Positions 21,184 to 32,802 are shown, counted from the stretch's first letter. The stretch is DNA of 64,000 nucleotides from Cyanobacteriota bacterium (GCA_046045965.1 JBJOKS010000011.1:64001-128000); one strand, 5' to 3'. A program made the numbers and translations. Notes: generated from the sequence alone by a model not told the origin.

Positions 21184-22140
21184 GTGAGTAATATTGATAA
21201 TTATAGTTTTACAGTTGCTGAAGAATTTGCTATTCCCCAAGCTTCTGCTGATTTTAAATCTGGTTTTATTGGCATTATTGGCCGTCCCAATGTCGGTAAA
21301 TCTACTTTAATGAATCAATTAATAGGACAAAAAATAGCCATTACATCACCAATAGCACAAACTACCAGAAATCGGTTAAGGGGGATTTTAACTAAAGAAG
21401 AAGCGCAGTTAATTTTTGTGGATACTCCAGGGATTCATAAACCTCATCATCAACTGGGGGAAGTGCTGGTAAAAAATGCCAGAATTGCGATTGAGTCGGT
21501 AGATGTGATTTTGTTTGTAGTTGATGGAACAGCGTCTTGTGGTGGAGGCGATCGCTTTATTGCTGAGTTATTAAATCGGAGTGACATCCCGGTTATTTTA
21601 GGTATTAATAAAATAGATCAACAACCAGCAGATTCCGAAAAAATAGATAAGAGTTATATTGAATTAGCGCGAGAAAATGAATGGCAGATTGTCAAATTTT
21701 CAGCGGTGAATGGTGAGGGTTTACTAAAACTACAAGATTTATTAATTGCAAATTTAGAACCTGGTCCTTTTTATTATCCACCAGATTTAGTCACAGATCA
21801 ACCGGAAAGATTTATTATGGGGGAATTAATCAGGGAACAGATATTATTGTTGACTCGTGAAGAAGTTCCTCATTCAGTGGCGATCGCTATTGATTTAGTA
21901 GAAGAAGCTCCAACTATTACCCGTGTACTCGCAACTATCCACGTGGAAAGAGATTCCCAAAAAGGGATTTTGATTGGTAAAGGTGGGACAATGCTCAAAG
22001 CTATTGGTAGTGCTGCGCGTGAACAAATCCAAAAACTAATTGCGGGTAAAGTTTACCTAGAATTATTTGTGAAAGTGCAACCAAAATGGCGACATTCACG
22101 AGTGAGATTAGCAGAGTTAGGATATAGGGTGGAAGAATAG
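21184..22140 (+). CDS. era: GTPase Era
   Basis: GRPNVGKST, QTTR, DTPG, NKID, KH domain with ILIGKGG. Confidence 0.97.
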   Translation: MSNIDNYSFTVAEEFAIPQASADFKSGFIGIIGRPNVGKSTLMNQLIGQKIAITSPIAQTTRNRLRGILTKEEAQLIFVDTPGIHKPHHQLGEVLVKNARIAIESVDVILFVVDGTASCGGGDRFIAELLNRSDIPVILGINKIDQQPADSEKIDKSYIELARENEWQIVKFSAVNGEGLLKLQDLLIANLEPGPFYYPPDLVTDQPERFIMGELIREQILLLTREEVPHSVAIAIDLVEEAPTITRVLATIHVERDSQKGILIGKGGTMLKAIGSAAREQIQKLIAGKVYLELFVKVQPKWRHSRVRLAELGYRVEE

Positions 22141-23101
22141 AAGATGGGGAATATAGGAATTTTGTCAGAATCAGGATGTCCAGGATTATAGGATTTTCAG
22201 GATGTTATTTGATGATGGTTGGTTACGCACAAGTCATGGAAGAATGAACCACGTTCTGCGAAGCAGTTCCCGAAGGGTAGTTACGAAGAACACGTTCACC
22301 GAAGGTGTTCCCGAAGGGTAGGTAAGAGGTTTTAGAGAGATTTTCTATTTTCATCCTCTACATCCATAAATTTTAGTTGTCCTGATTCTCACCATCTGCG
22401 TTCATCTGCTCATGGTTTTGGGAGGTAACAAATTTGTCTTGATTTTTATATTATAGGACTTACACACAAGTTACACTAAACCTATCTTTATTTCTCCCTT
22501 GGTTTGTGCGATCGCTTAACCCAACCTACGGAAACTTTTTTAACTCTTTGTGTCTTTGCATCTTAGCGTCAGCTACCTTAACAATTCTTAACTCAATTTT
22601 TCCAAAAAAGTTTCAACACCCTTTTTTACCCTCAAATTATTGAGAATGGCTGCGAATGACTCAACGTAATTTCAAGGGTCTTGACTTCTAACAGGGTTAT
22701 GTTATGATAGGTTTTAGAATAATCCAAGGGAGTATTATTTTCTAAATCAAGATTTCCAAGATTTTAGAATTTACAGGATATTATTTAATGATCTTTGATT
22801 AGCAGTTGGGGATTTTCTGATTTTCAGAATCCTAACTTAAACAATCTGCGTCTATCTGCGTTCTGATCTGGAAAATCTCAACCCAGAGAATTAAAAACCC
22901 TATATATATGCGCCCACAGATTTCTAATCATAACATAAATATAAAACCAAATTTACAGCTTGTCAAGTCTAAAAATTGCGATATCGCTAAAATCCTGTAA
23001 ATCCTTAAATCCTGGAAATCTTGATATGGCTTACGCCACGCTACGCTATCAGACAAAAAATGATCATTCCCATACAGAGTATGGGAACGAGGAAAAAATA
23101 A

Positions 23102-25009
23102 CTAAACTACAGCAGCGGCTTGTTTCTTAAAGAAAGCTTGCAAAATATTATCTGCAATTTGCTGACTGGTTAAACCTAAAGAAACCTTAGATTCATCGGG
23201 TGTGGCATGATCTACCAAAATATCAGGAACACCGATCCGTTTCACAGGTACAACAACATCAGCATCAAGTAAAGCTTCAGCCACCGCAGAACCAAAGCCA
23301 CCCATTAAACAACCTTCTTCCAAAGTCACAACCCGGCCGATTTGTTGCGCCAAAGGTAATATTAAATCAGTATCCAAAGGTTTGACAAACCGGGCATTAA
23401 TGACAGTAGCTTCAATGCCGTGTTCGCTGAGAATTTCCGCTGCTTGCATTCCGGGGTAAACCATCGTACCATAGCCGACAATTAACACATCATCACCCTG
23501 GCGGAGAATTTCCCCTTTACCAATTTCCAAAGGTTCCCAACCTTCTTCCATCAAAGGTACACCATGACCATTACCACGGGGAAAACGCATAGCAATAGGT
23601 CCATCAGTATATTCAATACCTGTGACTGTCATCCGTTGCAGTTCCGCTTCGTCCTTGGGAGCCATTAACACCATGTTGGGAATACAACGCAGATAGGCGA
23701 TATCATACATCCCTTGGTGAGTTGGACCATCAGCACCCACAATACCTGCCCGATCTAAACAGAAGAAGACAGGCAGATTTTGAATGCAGACATCATGGAT
23801 AATTTGGTCATAGCCACGTTGTAGGAAAGTGGAATAAATAGCAGCGACGGGACGCATACCTTCACAAGCTAAACCCGCAGCCACAGTTACAGCGTGTTGT
23901 TCAGCAATACCCACATCAATATATTGATGAGGTAATTTAGCTTGGAGTTTATCCAAACCTGTACCTGTGGCCATAGCTGCGGTAATACCGACAATTTTCG
24001 GGTTTTGTTCAGCCAGTTTCACCAAGGTGTGAGAAAAGACTTTGGCGTAGGCAGGAGGTTTAGGTTTAGTGGAAGGAATAGCCTTACCAGTGGTGACATT
24101 AAAGGGGTTTTGGGCATGATAGCCTACTTGGTCTTTTTCTGCCATTTCATAGCCTTTACCCTTGACGGTGGCTACGTGAACCAGCACTGGACCAGTAATT
24201 TGATGTGCTTGTTGGAAGGTGGCAATAAGTTCTTCTAAATTATGGCCATCAACTGGACCCATGTAGGTAAAACCCAGTTCTTCAAAAACTGCACCGACTT
24301 TGGGAACTGCTAAACGTTTCATTCCTTCTTTGATGCGGTCCAGTTCTGGGGAAATAGATTCACCAACGAAAGGAATATGTTTTAGCTGTTCCTCAATACC
24401 ATCTGAGAGAAACTGCACCGGGGGACTGAGGCGCATTTTATTGAGATAGCGAGGAATAGCACCGACGTTGGGAGAGATGGACATCTCGTTGTCATTGAGA
24501 ACCACCAGCAGGTTAGTTTTGGGTAGGTGGCCAGCGTGGTTGATAGCTTCTAAGGCCATACCTCCAGTTAAAGCACCATCACCAATGACAGCAACAGCTT
24601 TGAATTTTTCCCCTTTTAAGTCACGGGCTAAGGCCATACCTAAAGCTGCGGAAATACTTGTAGAAGCGTGTCCTGCTCCAAAGTGGTCAAATTTGTTTTC
24701 ACAGCGTTTGAGATAACCGGCAACTCCGTCTTTTTGTCTGAGGGTGTGGAAGTCGTGGTAACGTCCTGTGATTAGTTTGTGGGGATAAGCTTGGTGTCCT
24801 ACATCCCAAATTACTTTATCCCGGTCTAAGTCTAATGTTTGGTAAAGTCCCAGGGTTAATTCAACAACTCCCAAACCAGGACCCAAATGCCCCCCAGTTG
24901 CGGCCACGGTTTGCAGGTGCTTATCTCGAATTTGTCGGGCAATTTGTTGTAACTGCCGAATAGACAAACCGTGCAACTGGTTAGGATGGGTGATTTCACT
25001 CAGATGCAT
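23102..25009 (-). CDS. dxs: 1-deoxy-D-xylulose-5-phosphate synthase
   Basis: [45 protein letters not shown]. Confidence 0.98.
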   Translation of the reverse strand: MHLSEITHPNQLHGLSIRQLQQIARQIRDKHLQTVAATGGHLGPGLGVVELTLGLYQTLDLDRDKVIWDVGHQAYPHKLITGRYHDFHTLRQKDGVAGYLKRCENKFDHFGAGHASTSISAALGMALARDLKGEKFKAVAVIGDGALTGGMALEAINHAGHLPKTNLLVVLNDNEMSISPNVGAIPRYLNKMRLSPPVQFLSDGIEEQLKHIPFVGESISPELDRIKEGMKRLAVPKVGAVFEELGFTYMGPVDGHNLEELIATFQQAHQITGPVLVHVATVKGKGYEMAEKDQVGYHAQNPFNVTTGKAIPSTKPKPPAYAKVFSHTLVKLAEQNPKIVGITAAMATGTGLDKLQAKLPHQYIDVGIAEQHAVTVAAGLACEGMRPVAAIYSTFLQRGYDQIIHDVCIQNLPVFFCLDRAGIVGADGPTHQGMYDIAYLRCIPNMVLMAPKDEAELQRMTVTGIEYTDGPIAMRFPRGNGHGVPLMEEGWEPLEIGKGEILRQGDDVLIVGYGTMVYPGMQAAEILSEHGIEATVINARFVKPLDTDLILPLAQQIGRVVTLEEGCLMGGFGSAVAEALLDADVVVPVKRIGVPDILVDHATPDESKVSLGLTSQQIADNILQAFFKKQAAAVV

Positions 25010-25179
25010 ATTATAAGGTTTTCCTCTCTAACTCTACTTTTTGGCATTATTTGATTTTCCCACTTCCGGTGGCTACAAAAATCTAACTGTGATTAATGTT
25101 GTTTTATCACTATAACTTTGACTGGGGACTGGGGACTGGGGACTGGGAACAGGTAAATAATTTTCTCCCCATCTCCACG

Positions 25180-25869
25180 TTAAAATTGCAGAATAGTGGG
25201 AACTATAGGTGTTTCTGCCTGTTTCTGTTGACGTTGTAAATATCTACTTAGCAAATAAGCCAGATCACCACGGGTCATGGGGCTTAATGGGTTAATATTA
25301 CCGTTAGTATCTGTGTTGATAAATCCTTCACTGATGACTGTAGCGATCGCTCTTCTTGCCCAACTAGGTATAGATGCTGCATCTGGGTAGGGTGTTAAAA
25401 TTTCTTTGACGGTTTGATCAGGAAACTGAAACACTCCATAACCTTGGGCAAAAATCGCTAAACCTTCTGCCCTAGTCACTTTTTGATTGGGGAAAAACAT
25501 ATTCCCCCGATAACCTTTCATAATATCGGTTTTTAGCACTGTCTGAATATCCTGATATGCCCAATGATAGTTAGGTACATCTGGTACAGTTATGGTTTTT
25601 TCTTGTTTAGCTGCTTGTCGTTTATCTAAATAAAAGGCTTTCACTAAAATTGATGCTAATTCTGCTCTACTAATTAACTTTTCTGGATAAAATTTTCCAT
25701 CGGGTAAGTTATCCATCAATTTTGCTTCCAGCACTTTTTGGATATGATCTGAATCTGAATTATTAACAGATATCTGTTCTGTGATTGTTTCCTGGGCAAT
25801 TACTGGGTAGGCTTGTAGCAAGGTTACTAAAGTCAATGTACCTAGTATTTTTTTCATATCTATACTCAT
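25180..25869 (-). CDS. S-layer homology (SLH) domain protein
   Basis: Signal peptide; three SLH repeats (FYPEKLISRAE, FFPNQKVTRAE, INPLSPMTRGD). Confidence 0.88.
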   Translation of the reverse strand: MSIDMKKILGTLTLVTLLQAYPVIAQETITEQISVNNSDSDHIQKVLEAKLMDNLPDGKFYPEKLISRAELASILVKAFYLDKRQAAKQEKTITVPDVPNYHWAYQDIQTVLKTDIMKGYRGNMFFPNQKVTRAEGLAIFAQGYGVFQFPDQTVKEILTPYPDAASIPSWARRAIATVISEGFINTDTNGNINPLSPMTRGDLAYLLSRYLQRQQKQAETPIVPTILQF

Positions 25870-26085
25870 TTTCAGACTGTGCTGGTTGTTCGGTTGTAGT
25901 GACGCTGGTTTAATTATTAAAGTTGCTGATTTTTGAGATCATTAATTATTAGGATTTTTTGCAGGTATAATTGAGACTTTTTTATATTTAATCTCTTCAT
26001 AATTACTAATTACCCATTACCAATTTTGTAGTATAGTCTGCTGTGAGAGAGTATTCCATTTTGTGAAATTTTCAGGAGTTTAGGA

Positions 26086-26796
26086 ATGTCCGTAGCAGCA
26101 GACCCCGTGAAGTTGATGAAGCAAGAAGTTGGCAAAGCCGCCGCCGCCCTGGTAAAATCAGGTTCTATTGTCGGGTTGGGTACGGGGTCAACTACAGCTT
26201 ACACCATTCAGTTTTTGGGCGATCGCCTCAAGTCTGGTGAACTTAAAGATATTGTCGGTGTCCCCACTTCGTTTCAGTCGGAAGTGTTAGCAAAACAATA
26301 CGGCGTTCCTCTCACCACTTTAGACGCTATTGATCATATTGACATCGCTATTGATGGTGCTGATGAAGTTGATCCCCAAAAAAATTTGATTAAAGGTGGT
26401 GGTGCAGCACATACCCGCGAAAAAGTGGTAGATTACCTGGCAAAGCAATTTATCGTTGTGGTTGATGGTGGTAAGTTAGTAGACCGTTTGGGTTCTAGTT
26501 TTGCTGTTCCAGTGGAAGTAATTCCTATGGCTATCACTCCCGTCATCAATGCTATCAAAAAACTCGGTGGTCAACCTGAACTGCGGATGGGTGTGAAAAA
26601 AGCAGGACCCGTGATCACTGACCAAGGTAACATGGTGTTAGATGTCAGATTTGATCATATTGACGACCCTGTAAATTTAGAAAAAACACTGAATAATATT
26701 CCTGGTGTTTTGGAAAATGGCATCTTTGTTAACTGTGTTGATCTGGTTTTGATTGGTGAAGTTATTGATGGTAAACCCTCTGTCCGTCAAATGTAG
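26086..26796 (+). CDS. rpiA: Ribose-5-phosphate isomerase A
   Basis: [25 protein letters not shown]. Confidence 0.97.
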   Translation: MSVAADPVKLMKQEVGKAAAALVKSGSIVGLGTGSTTAYTIQFLGDRLKSGELKDIVGVPTSFQSEVLAKQYGVPLTTLDAIDHIDIAIDGADEVDPQKNLIKGGGAAHTREKVVDYLAKQFIVVVDGGKLVDRLGSSFAVPVEVIPMAITPVINAIKKLGGQPELRMGVKKAGPVITDQGNMVLDVRFDHIDDPVNLEKTLNNIPGVLENGIFVNCVDLVLIGEVIDGKPSVRQM

Positions 26797-26807
26797 GTAA
26801 AATAAAA

Positions 26808-26828
26808 AGGGTGGGTATTTCCCACCTA
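26808..26828. terminator. Hairpin after rpiA
   Basis: GGTGGG-TATTT-CCCACC stem flanked by A-runs. Confidence 0.45.
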
Positions 26829-26862
26829 AAAAAATTAAAAATTAAAAATTAAAAATCTGAAT

Positions 26863-28047
26863 ATGATGTTATACAGAAGATTTGGACGTACAGAACTACA
26901 AATGCCTGTGTTTTCCTGCGGGGGAATGCGTTATCAATTTAAATGGCAGGATGTTCCACTAGAAGAAATTCCTACCGAAAAACAGGAAAATTTAGAAGCT
27001 GTTATTTGTCGTGCATTTGAGTTAGGTATTAATCATATTGAAACTGCTAGATTTTATGGTACTTCGGAAATGCAGTTAGGCATAATATTACCTAAGTTAC
27101 CACGGGAAAAGTTAATAGTTCAAACAAAAGTTCCTCCTTGTGCAGATGCTAAGGAATTTAGAATAAATTTTGAAAAATCTTTATCATATCTTCAATTAGA
27201 GTATGTTGATTTATTAGGTTTACATGGTATTAATAATGCGGAATCTTTAGATTACAGTATTGGTAATGGCGGTTGTTTAGAGGTAGCAAAACAATTACAA
27301 GGAGAGGGAAAAGTCAGATTTATTGGGTTTTCTACCCATGCACCTTTAGAAATAATTTTACAGGCAATTAATACCAATCAATTCGATTATTTTAACCTCC
27401 ACTGGTATTATATCAATCAATGGAATTGGTCAGCAATTGAAGCTGCTAATAAATTAGATATGGGTGTGTTTATTATCAGTCCATCTAATAAAGGAGGTTT
27501 GTTATATCAACCTTCTGATAAATTAGTTAATCTCTGTCAACCATTGAGTCCGATGGTGTTTAATGATTTGTTTTGTCTGAGTCATCCCCAAGTCCATACT
27601 TTGAGTATTGGTGCTGCAAAAACAAGTGATTTTGATGAACATTTAAAAACTTTAGAATTATTAAATCAGGCTGATGAAATCTTACCACCAATTATTGCCA
27701 GGTTAGAAAATGCAGCCATAGAAACTTTAGGTGAAGATTGGGTAAAATCATGGGATCGCAATTTACCGACTTGGGAAGAAACACCAGGACAGATAAATAT
27801 TAAAGTAGTTTTATGGTTATTGAATTTAGCTTTAGCTTATGACATGGTGGAATATGGAAAAATGCGTTACAATTTATTAGGTAATGGTAATCATTGGTTT
27901 CCTGGTAATCAAGCAGATAAATTAGATGAATTAAATTTGAGAGAATGTCTTATTAATAGTCCTCATGCTAATAAAATACCACAAATGTTAGCCAAAGCTA
28001 ATGCAATGTTAAAGGCTGAAGATGTGAAACGGTTATCTCAAAGTTAA
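26863..28047 (+). CDS. Aldo/keto reductase family protein
   Basis: RRFGRTEL, GINHIETARFYG, SLSYLQLEYVDLLGLHG, IGFSTH. Confidence 0.88.
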   Translation: MMLYRRFGRTELQMPVFSCGGMRYQFKWQDVPLEEIPTEKQENLEAVICRAFELGINHIETARFYGTSEMQLGIILPKLPREKLIVQTKVPPCADAKEFRINFEKSLSYLQLEYVDLLGLHGINNAESLDYSIGNGGCLEVAKQLQGEGKVRFIGFSTHAPLEIILQAINTNQFDYFNLHWYYINQWNWSAIEAANKLDMGVFIISPSNKGGLLYQPSDKLVNLCQPLSPMVFNDLFCLSHPQVHTLSIGAAKTSDFDEHLKTLELLNQADEILPPIIARLENAAIETLGEDWVKSWDRNLPTWEETPGQINIKVVLWLLNLALAYDMVEYGKMRYNLLGNGNHWFPGNQADKLDELNLRECLINSPHANKIPQMLAKANAMLKAEDVKRLSQS

Positions 28048-28058
28048 GCAAAGAAACT

Positions 28059-30155
28059 GTGAAAACACTAATTATTGATAATTATGATTCTTACACATTT
28101 AATTTATATCAAATAATTGCGGAAGTAAATGGAGAAATTCCCATTGTTATCCGTAATGATGAAATTGACTGGGAAAAATTGACTAAGATTGAATTTGATA
28201 ATGTGGTCATTTCTCCAGGACCAGGTAGACCAGAAAACATAGAAGATTTTGGTATTTGTAGTCATGTTTTAAAAAATATCAATGTTCCTGTTTTGGGTGT
28301 GTGTTTAGGACATCAAGGTTTAGGTTATATTTATGGTGGTAAAATTATTCATGCTTCAGAAATTAAACATGGTCGTTTAAGTGAAGTTTATCACAATAAT
28401 TGTGAATTATTTCAAGGTTTACCAAAATCCTTCTTTGCTGTTTGTTATAATTCCTTAGTTGTTGCTGATGACATACCCGAATGTTTAGAAAAAATTGCTT
28501 GGACTCCAGAAGGTGTTGTCATGGGTTTACGTCATCGCAATTTACCTTTTTGGGGTGTACAGTTCCATCCTGAATCAATTTGTACTGAATATGGTAAACA
28601 GGTTTTTAAAAACTTTAGAAATATAACTGCCAAATTTTATAAATATCAAATTCCCGAAAATATAGACAAGAAAAAAATAGTTCTACAAACAAAACATCAA
28701 AATTATCAACCTCAAAAATATCAAGTTTGTAGTAAAAAATTAGCTATATATCCTGATGCAGAAAATGTATTTATCCAGCTTTTTGGTGAAAGTGTAAATA
28801 CCTTTTGGTTAGACAGTAGTAGATATGAACCTGGGTTATCTCGCTTTTCATTTATGGGAGATAATAGCGGTGTTCATAGTTTATTAGTTGAGTATCGAAC
28901 TGAAAATCAAGAAATTAAAATTACTCAAGGTGGTAAAATTACAATTCATCAAGAAAGTATCTTTGATTATTTGCAGCGAGAAATTAAAAATAGATATTGT
29001 GTAAATGATGATTTACCCTTTGATTTTAACTGTGGTTTTGTAGGTTATTTTGGATATGAATTAAAAGCAGAATGTGGTGGAAATTTAGTTCATACTTCTA
29101 ATTTACCCGATGCTGTATTTATCTTAGCAGATAGAATTATAGCTTTTGATCATCAGGAAAAAGTTACTTATTTATTATGTTTGACTACAGGAGAAGAAAC
29201 CGCAACAGCATGGTTTTTAGAGATAGAGACGAAAATACAAAACTTATCTCCTAGTTTACCAGTTATTAAATCAGCAAATCAACAAAATATCATCTTCCAT
29301 TTACAACAGTCACATCAAAGTTATCTGGATGATATTCAAACATCTTTAAAAGCAATATATGAAGGTGAAACTTATCAAGTTTGTTTAACTAATAAATTAT
29401 ATACGGATACAACACCAGAACCTTTAGAATTTTATCGCATATTAAGGAAAATAAACCCCGCACCTTATTCAGCTTTTTTGAAGTTGGAAAATTTTACTAT
29501 TGCTTGTTCTTCCCCAGAAAGATTTTTAAGCATAAATTCTCAAGGTTGGGTAGAAACAAAACCCATTAAAGGAACATTACCCAGGGGAAAAACACCCCAA
29601 GAGGATGAACTTTTAAAAGAAAATTTACGCAACAGTGAAAAAGACCGTTCTGAAAATTTAATGATAGTTGATTTATTGCGTAATGACTTAGGGAGAGTTT
29701 GTCAAATTGGTAGCGTTCATGTCCTCAAATTAATGGATGTAGAAACCTATAGTACAGTACATCAATTAGTGACAACAATTAGGGGTTTATTAAGCCCAAA
29801 AATGGATGCTATTGACTGTATTAAAATGGCTTTTCCTGGTGGTTCAATGACAGGTGCGCCGAAAATTAGAACTATGCAAATTATAGACCGATTAGAACCA
29901 AAAGCAAGAGGTATTTATTCAGGTGCAATTGGTTTTTTATCGTTGAATGGTGCAGCAGATTTAAATATAGTAATTCGTACTGCTATTTTAACACCGGAAC
30001 AAACTTCTATTGGGGTAGGAGGGGGAATTGTTACTTTATCAAACCCCGAAGCTGAACTTTCAGAAATGCTGCTAAAAGCAGAAGCTTTAATTAATGCTTT
30101 GGTAATTACTGTGAATGGGGAATTTGATGTTGAGAAATTAAAAATTAAAAGTTAA
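28059..30155 (+). CDS. pabB: Fused aminodeoxychorismate synthase (PabA glutaminase + PabB)
   Basis: IDNYDSYT, SPGPG, GVCLGHQ, QFHPES glutaminase domain fused to SSPERFL, TKPIKGT, ENLMIVDLLRNDL, PGGSMTGAPK chorismate-binding domain; GTG start. Confidence 0.93.
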   Translation: MKTLIIDNYDSYTFNLYQIIAEVNGEIPIVIRNDEIDWEKLTKIEFDNVVISPGPGRPENIEDFGICSHVLKNINVPVLGVCLGHQGLGYIYGGKIIHASEIKHGRLSEVYHNNCELFQGLPKSFFAVCYNSLVVADDIPECLEKIAWTPEGVVMGLRHRNLPFWGVQFHPESICTEYGKQVFKNFRNITAKFYKYQIPENIDKKKIVLQTKHQNYQPQKYQVCSKKLAIYPDAENVFIQLFGESVNTFWLDSSRYEPGLSRFSFMGDNSGVHSLLVEYRTENQEIKITQGGKITIHQESIFDYLQREIKNRYCVNDDLPFDFNCGFVGYFGYELKAECGGNLVHTSNLPDAVFILADRIIAFDHQEKVTYLLCLTTGEETATAWFLEIETKIQNLSPSLPVIKSANQQNIIFHLQQSHQSYLDDIQTSLKAIYEGETYQVCLTNKLYTDTTPEPLEFYRILRKINPAPYSAFLKLENFTIACSSPERFLSINSQGWVETKPIKGTLPRGKTPQEDELLKENLRNSEKDRSENLMIVDLLRNDLGRVCQIGSVHVLKLMDVETYSTVHQLVTTIRGLLSPKMDAIDCIKMAFPGGSMTGAPKIRTMQIIDRLEPKARGIYSGAIGFLSLNGAADLNIVIRTAILTPEQTSIGVGGGIVTLSNPEAELSEMLLKAEALINALVITVNGEFDVEKLKIKS

Positions 30156-30236
30156 AAGTTAAAAGTTAAAAGTTATTTATAACTCTCGATTAATTTAGAT
30201 TTATACTTTCTTGCTGGATATCTACAAATAAAAAAT

Positions 30237-30272
30237 TGACCTGGTTGGTAAAGCTGCATTTTCACCAGGTCA
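30237..30272. terminator. Hairpin between convergent pabB and PEP-CTERM genes
   Basis: TGACCTGGT...ACCAGGTCA inverted repeat. Confidence 0.55.
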
Positions 30273-30309
30273 GTATTTAAGATTTTGATGTTAAAAGCAG
30301 TCTTTCAAA

Positions 30310-30951
30310 TTATGCTTTTACAAGTTTGCGACGACGAGCTACAGTCATACCAGCAGCTGCTAAACCTAAGCCTAACATTGTCGTGGGTTCGGGAACAGCC
30401 CTTACAGCGTCTAAAGATATGGTATAGCTTTGAGTGCCACGAGAGTTACTCATAGAAATACCACCGGTTGCAATAGTCTGACCATTAAATTGCCATACAC
30501 CAGTTGCATCAAAACCAACGAAATTGGTTCCAATAGAAACGGAACTTGGTTCATTTAAATCAAAGGTTAAGAATCCTACCTCACCATTCAGTGTTCTTTG
30601 ACCAAAATCTAGGAAAGATACAAGAGGATCAACGGATGGGGAAAAACCTGTTGAAGTCAAATATAAGTCCAGAATGTTAATGTAGTTTGGAGAAGCTACA
30701 GGTAGTGTTGCATCTGGACCTGTTCCTGTAAAATCAAAAATGAAATTAGAGAAATCACCCGTTGTCTCTATATCGTCAATGTCTCTGAAATCTAATTTTG
30801 TAACACCACCATTATCAGAACGTACAACATTACCGTTGATGGTTAAAGAACCGCTCAAAGAAGCCGCTTGAGCAGAACCAGCAAAAGATACAACAGCAGC
30901 AACTGGTAGTACAGCAGCGATACCTAAAAGTTGAGATTTGAAGTTAAACAT
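30310..30951 (-). CDS. PEP-CTERM sorting-domain surface protein
   Basis: Signal peptide ending SAQAA; C-terminal VPEPTT + hydrophobic helix + RRRK. Confidence 0.92.
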   Translation of the reverse strand: MFNFKSQLLGIAAVLPVAAVVSFAGSAQAASLSGSLTINGNVVRSDNGGVTKLDFRDIDDIETTGDFSNFIFDFTGTGPDATLPVASPNYINILDLYLTSTGFSPSVDPLVSFLDFGQRTLNGEVGFLTFDLNEPSSVSIGTNFVGFDATGVWQFNGQTIATGGISMSNSRGTQSYTISLDAVRAVPEPTTMLGLGLAAAGMTVARRRKLVKA

Positions 30952-31489
30952 TGTAGTCCTTAGCTCCGGTTAAAAAAATTGCGAAATAATAATTACGTGA
31001 TTTGTCTGACAGCAATCCTATAAGTTGTGTAGCAATTCAGGAAATAAGCGATCATACCCAAGTGGAAGTCTTTATTGTGTTTTAGTTTAAAAACTAAACT
31101 TAGGATTGCTGTGTTAACACGGTCAGGATACTGTAGCAGTTTGGGGGAGTTCCTTGTGTGTTCCCTACAGTCGAATAATTACATAGTCCGTCGGTTATTG
31201 GCAATATCTACTGAAGCATCTTGATAAAATCTTCATCAAGTATTTGGTTGTGTTTTTTGCATCTGCAAATCTTGTAAAGCGCAATTTTACAGGAATAGCC
31301 TTATATCAAGGTAGTTTGACGAACTAGAGTATTTGTATCATCTCTAGGCTAAAAATTCACAAAACGCTTATTTTATAAAGACTTCATCAACTTTAATTTT
31401 TATTTTCGCCAAAACGCAACAGTATTTATGCTTATATAAAGTTATGATGAAGAAATTGCTATTATTAAGATAACTTAACAGTAATATTA

Positions 31490-32008
31490 CTAACCACCAT
31501 AGACCTGTGGCCATGTAGTCCACAGGAAAACTACTACCGCACCAACAGCGAGAATACCCTGAAGTAAATTCCCTACCAGCGTTCCTACAGTGATTCCTAT
31601 TCCCGCTTTCACCGCTTTACCTAAATCTCGCTGATACAGAAACTCACCAATAATTGCCCCTAAAAGTGGACCAATTAACATTCCTAACAATGGACCACCA
31701 AAGGGTAAAGCTGGTAATAACCCGAAAAATCCCAGGAATAAACCGACAAATGCGCCAATTTGTCCCCATTTACTCGCACCGGCTTGTTTTGCTCCCACGT
31801 AACCGGCTAAAAAATCTACTGCCATACTCAGAAGTAGAACAATACCTGTAACAATGAGGGGTATTTTAATTGCTGCAAAGGAACTACTAACGATTCCCCA
31901 AATAATAATGGCAATTAAAATTAGGCTACTTCCAGGGATGGCTGGAACTACAGATCCAATCACACCTACGAGCATGAGAGATATTAATAACCAGTAAAGA
32001 ATTTGCAT
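31490..32008 (-). CDS. DUF456 family membrane protein
   Basis: GSVVPAIPG, GAKQAGASKWG, GPLLGAIIGE. Confidence 0.85.
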   Translation of the reverse strand: MQILYWLLISLMLVGVIGSVVPAIPGSSLILIAIIIWGIVSSSFAAIKIPLIVTGIVLLLSMAVDFLAGYVGAKQAGASKWGQIGAFVGLFLGFFGLLPALPFGGPLLGMLIGPLLGAIIGEFLYQRDLGKAVKAGIGITVGTLVGNLLQGILAVGAVVVFLWTTWPQVYGG

Positions 32009-32154
32009 AATTATTGTCTGAATCAGGATGTCCAGGATTAAAGGATGAACAGGATGAAAACAGGGATTTTATCACCAATTACCAATTCCCCATTACCAAT
32101 CACCAGTTCCCAGAATGTCTATAATATCTTTATCTTCAGAAATGCTCAACAGCC

Positions 32155-32802
32155 ATGATCCAAACCTTATCTAAAGTTATCACCTTTGAGGAATTTGTCG
32201 CTTGGCTACCTGAAAATTCCGGGGTACGTTATGAATTACATAATGGAAATATTATTGAAATGGCACAACCCACGGGAGATCACGAAGAAGTTAAAAGTTT
32301 TCTAGGGGTAGAAATTCCCTTTGAAATCAAACGTCTGGGATTACCTTATGGTATTCCTAACCAAGTGATAGTTAGACCTGATGGTAAAGATTCTGGTTAT
32401 TTCCCAGATTTGTTGGTTTTAAATCGTGAAAATTTAGTTAACGAAAAATTATGGAAAAAAGAATCTATTCTCAGTCAAGGTGCATCTATACCTTTAGTGA
32501 TTGAAATTGTATCAACTAACTGGCGTGATGATTACTACTTAAAATATGCTGATTATGAAGAAATGGGGATTCCTGAATATTGGATTGTAGATTATGCAGC
32601 TTTGGGTGGACGTAATTTTATTGGTAATCCTAAACAACCGACTATTTCTGTTTGTAATTTGGTTGATGGAGAATATCAAATCAGTAAGTTTCGAGATAGT
32701 GATCGCATTATCTCCCAAACTTTTCCTGAAATCAATCTCACTGCCAATCAGATTTTTCAAGCTGGTGTAAGTAAGTCGGTGGAAAAAAACCGAAGTATGT
32801 AA
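32155..32802 (+). CDS. Uma2 family PD-(D/E)XK endonuclease-like protein; C-terminus extended by a MITE
   Basis: RYELHNG, PDLLVL, LVIEIVS, YEEMGIPEYWIVD. Confidence 0.9.
   Translation: MIQTLSKVITFEEFVAWLPENSGVRYELHNGNIIEMAQPTGDHEEVKSFLGVEIPFEIKRLGLPYGIPNQVIVRPDGKDSGYFPDLLVLNRENLVNEKLWKKESILSQGASIPLVIEIVSTNWRDDYYLKYADYEEMGIPEYWIVDYAALGGRNFIGNPKQPTISVCNLVDGEYQISKFRDSDRIISQTFPEINLTANQIFQAGVSKSVEKNRSM

Noticed and set aside
22250..22325. Repeated GTTCCCGAAGGGTAG resembling a mini CRISPR array
   Set aside because: Only two 15-bp copies inside a MITE, and no cas genes; better explained as SDR inserts.
26045..26062. SigJ-like GGAATACT on the minus strand upstream of the SLH gene (weaker match near 15900)
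   Set aside because: Imperfect short matches with no TSS data.
28059..30155. PabA-PabB fusion as a sign of a secondary-metabolite cluster
   Set aside because: Fused ADC synthases are known, and no NRPS/PKS or tailoring genes are adjacent.
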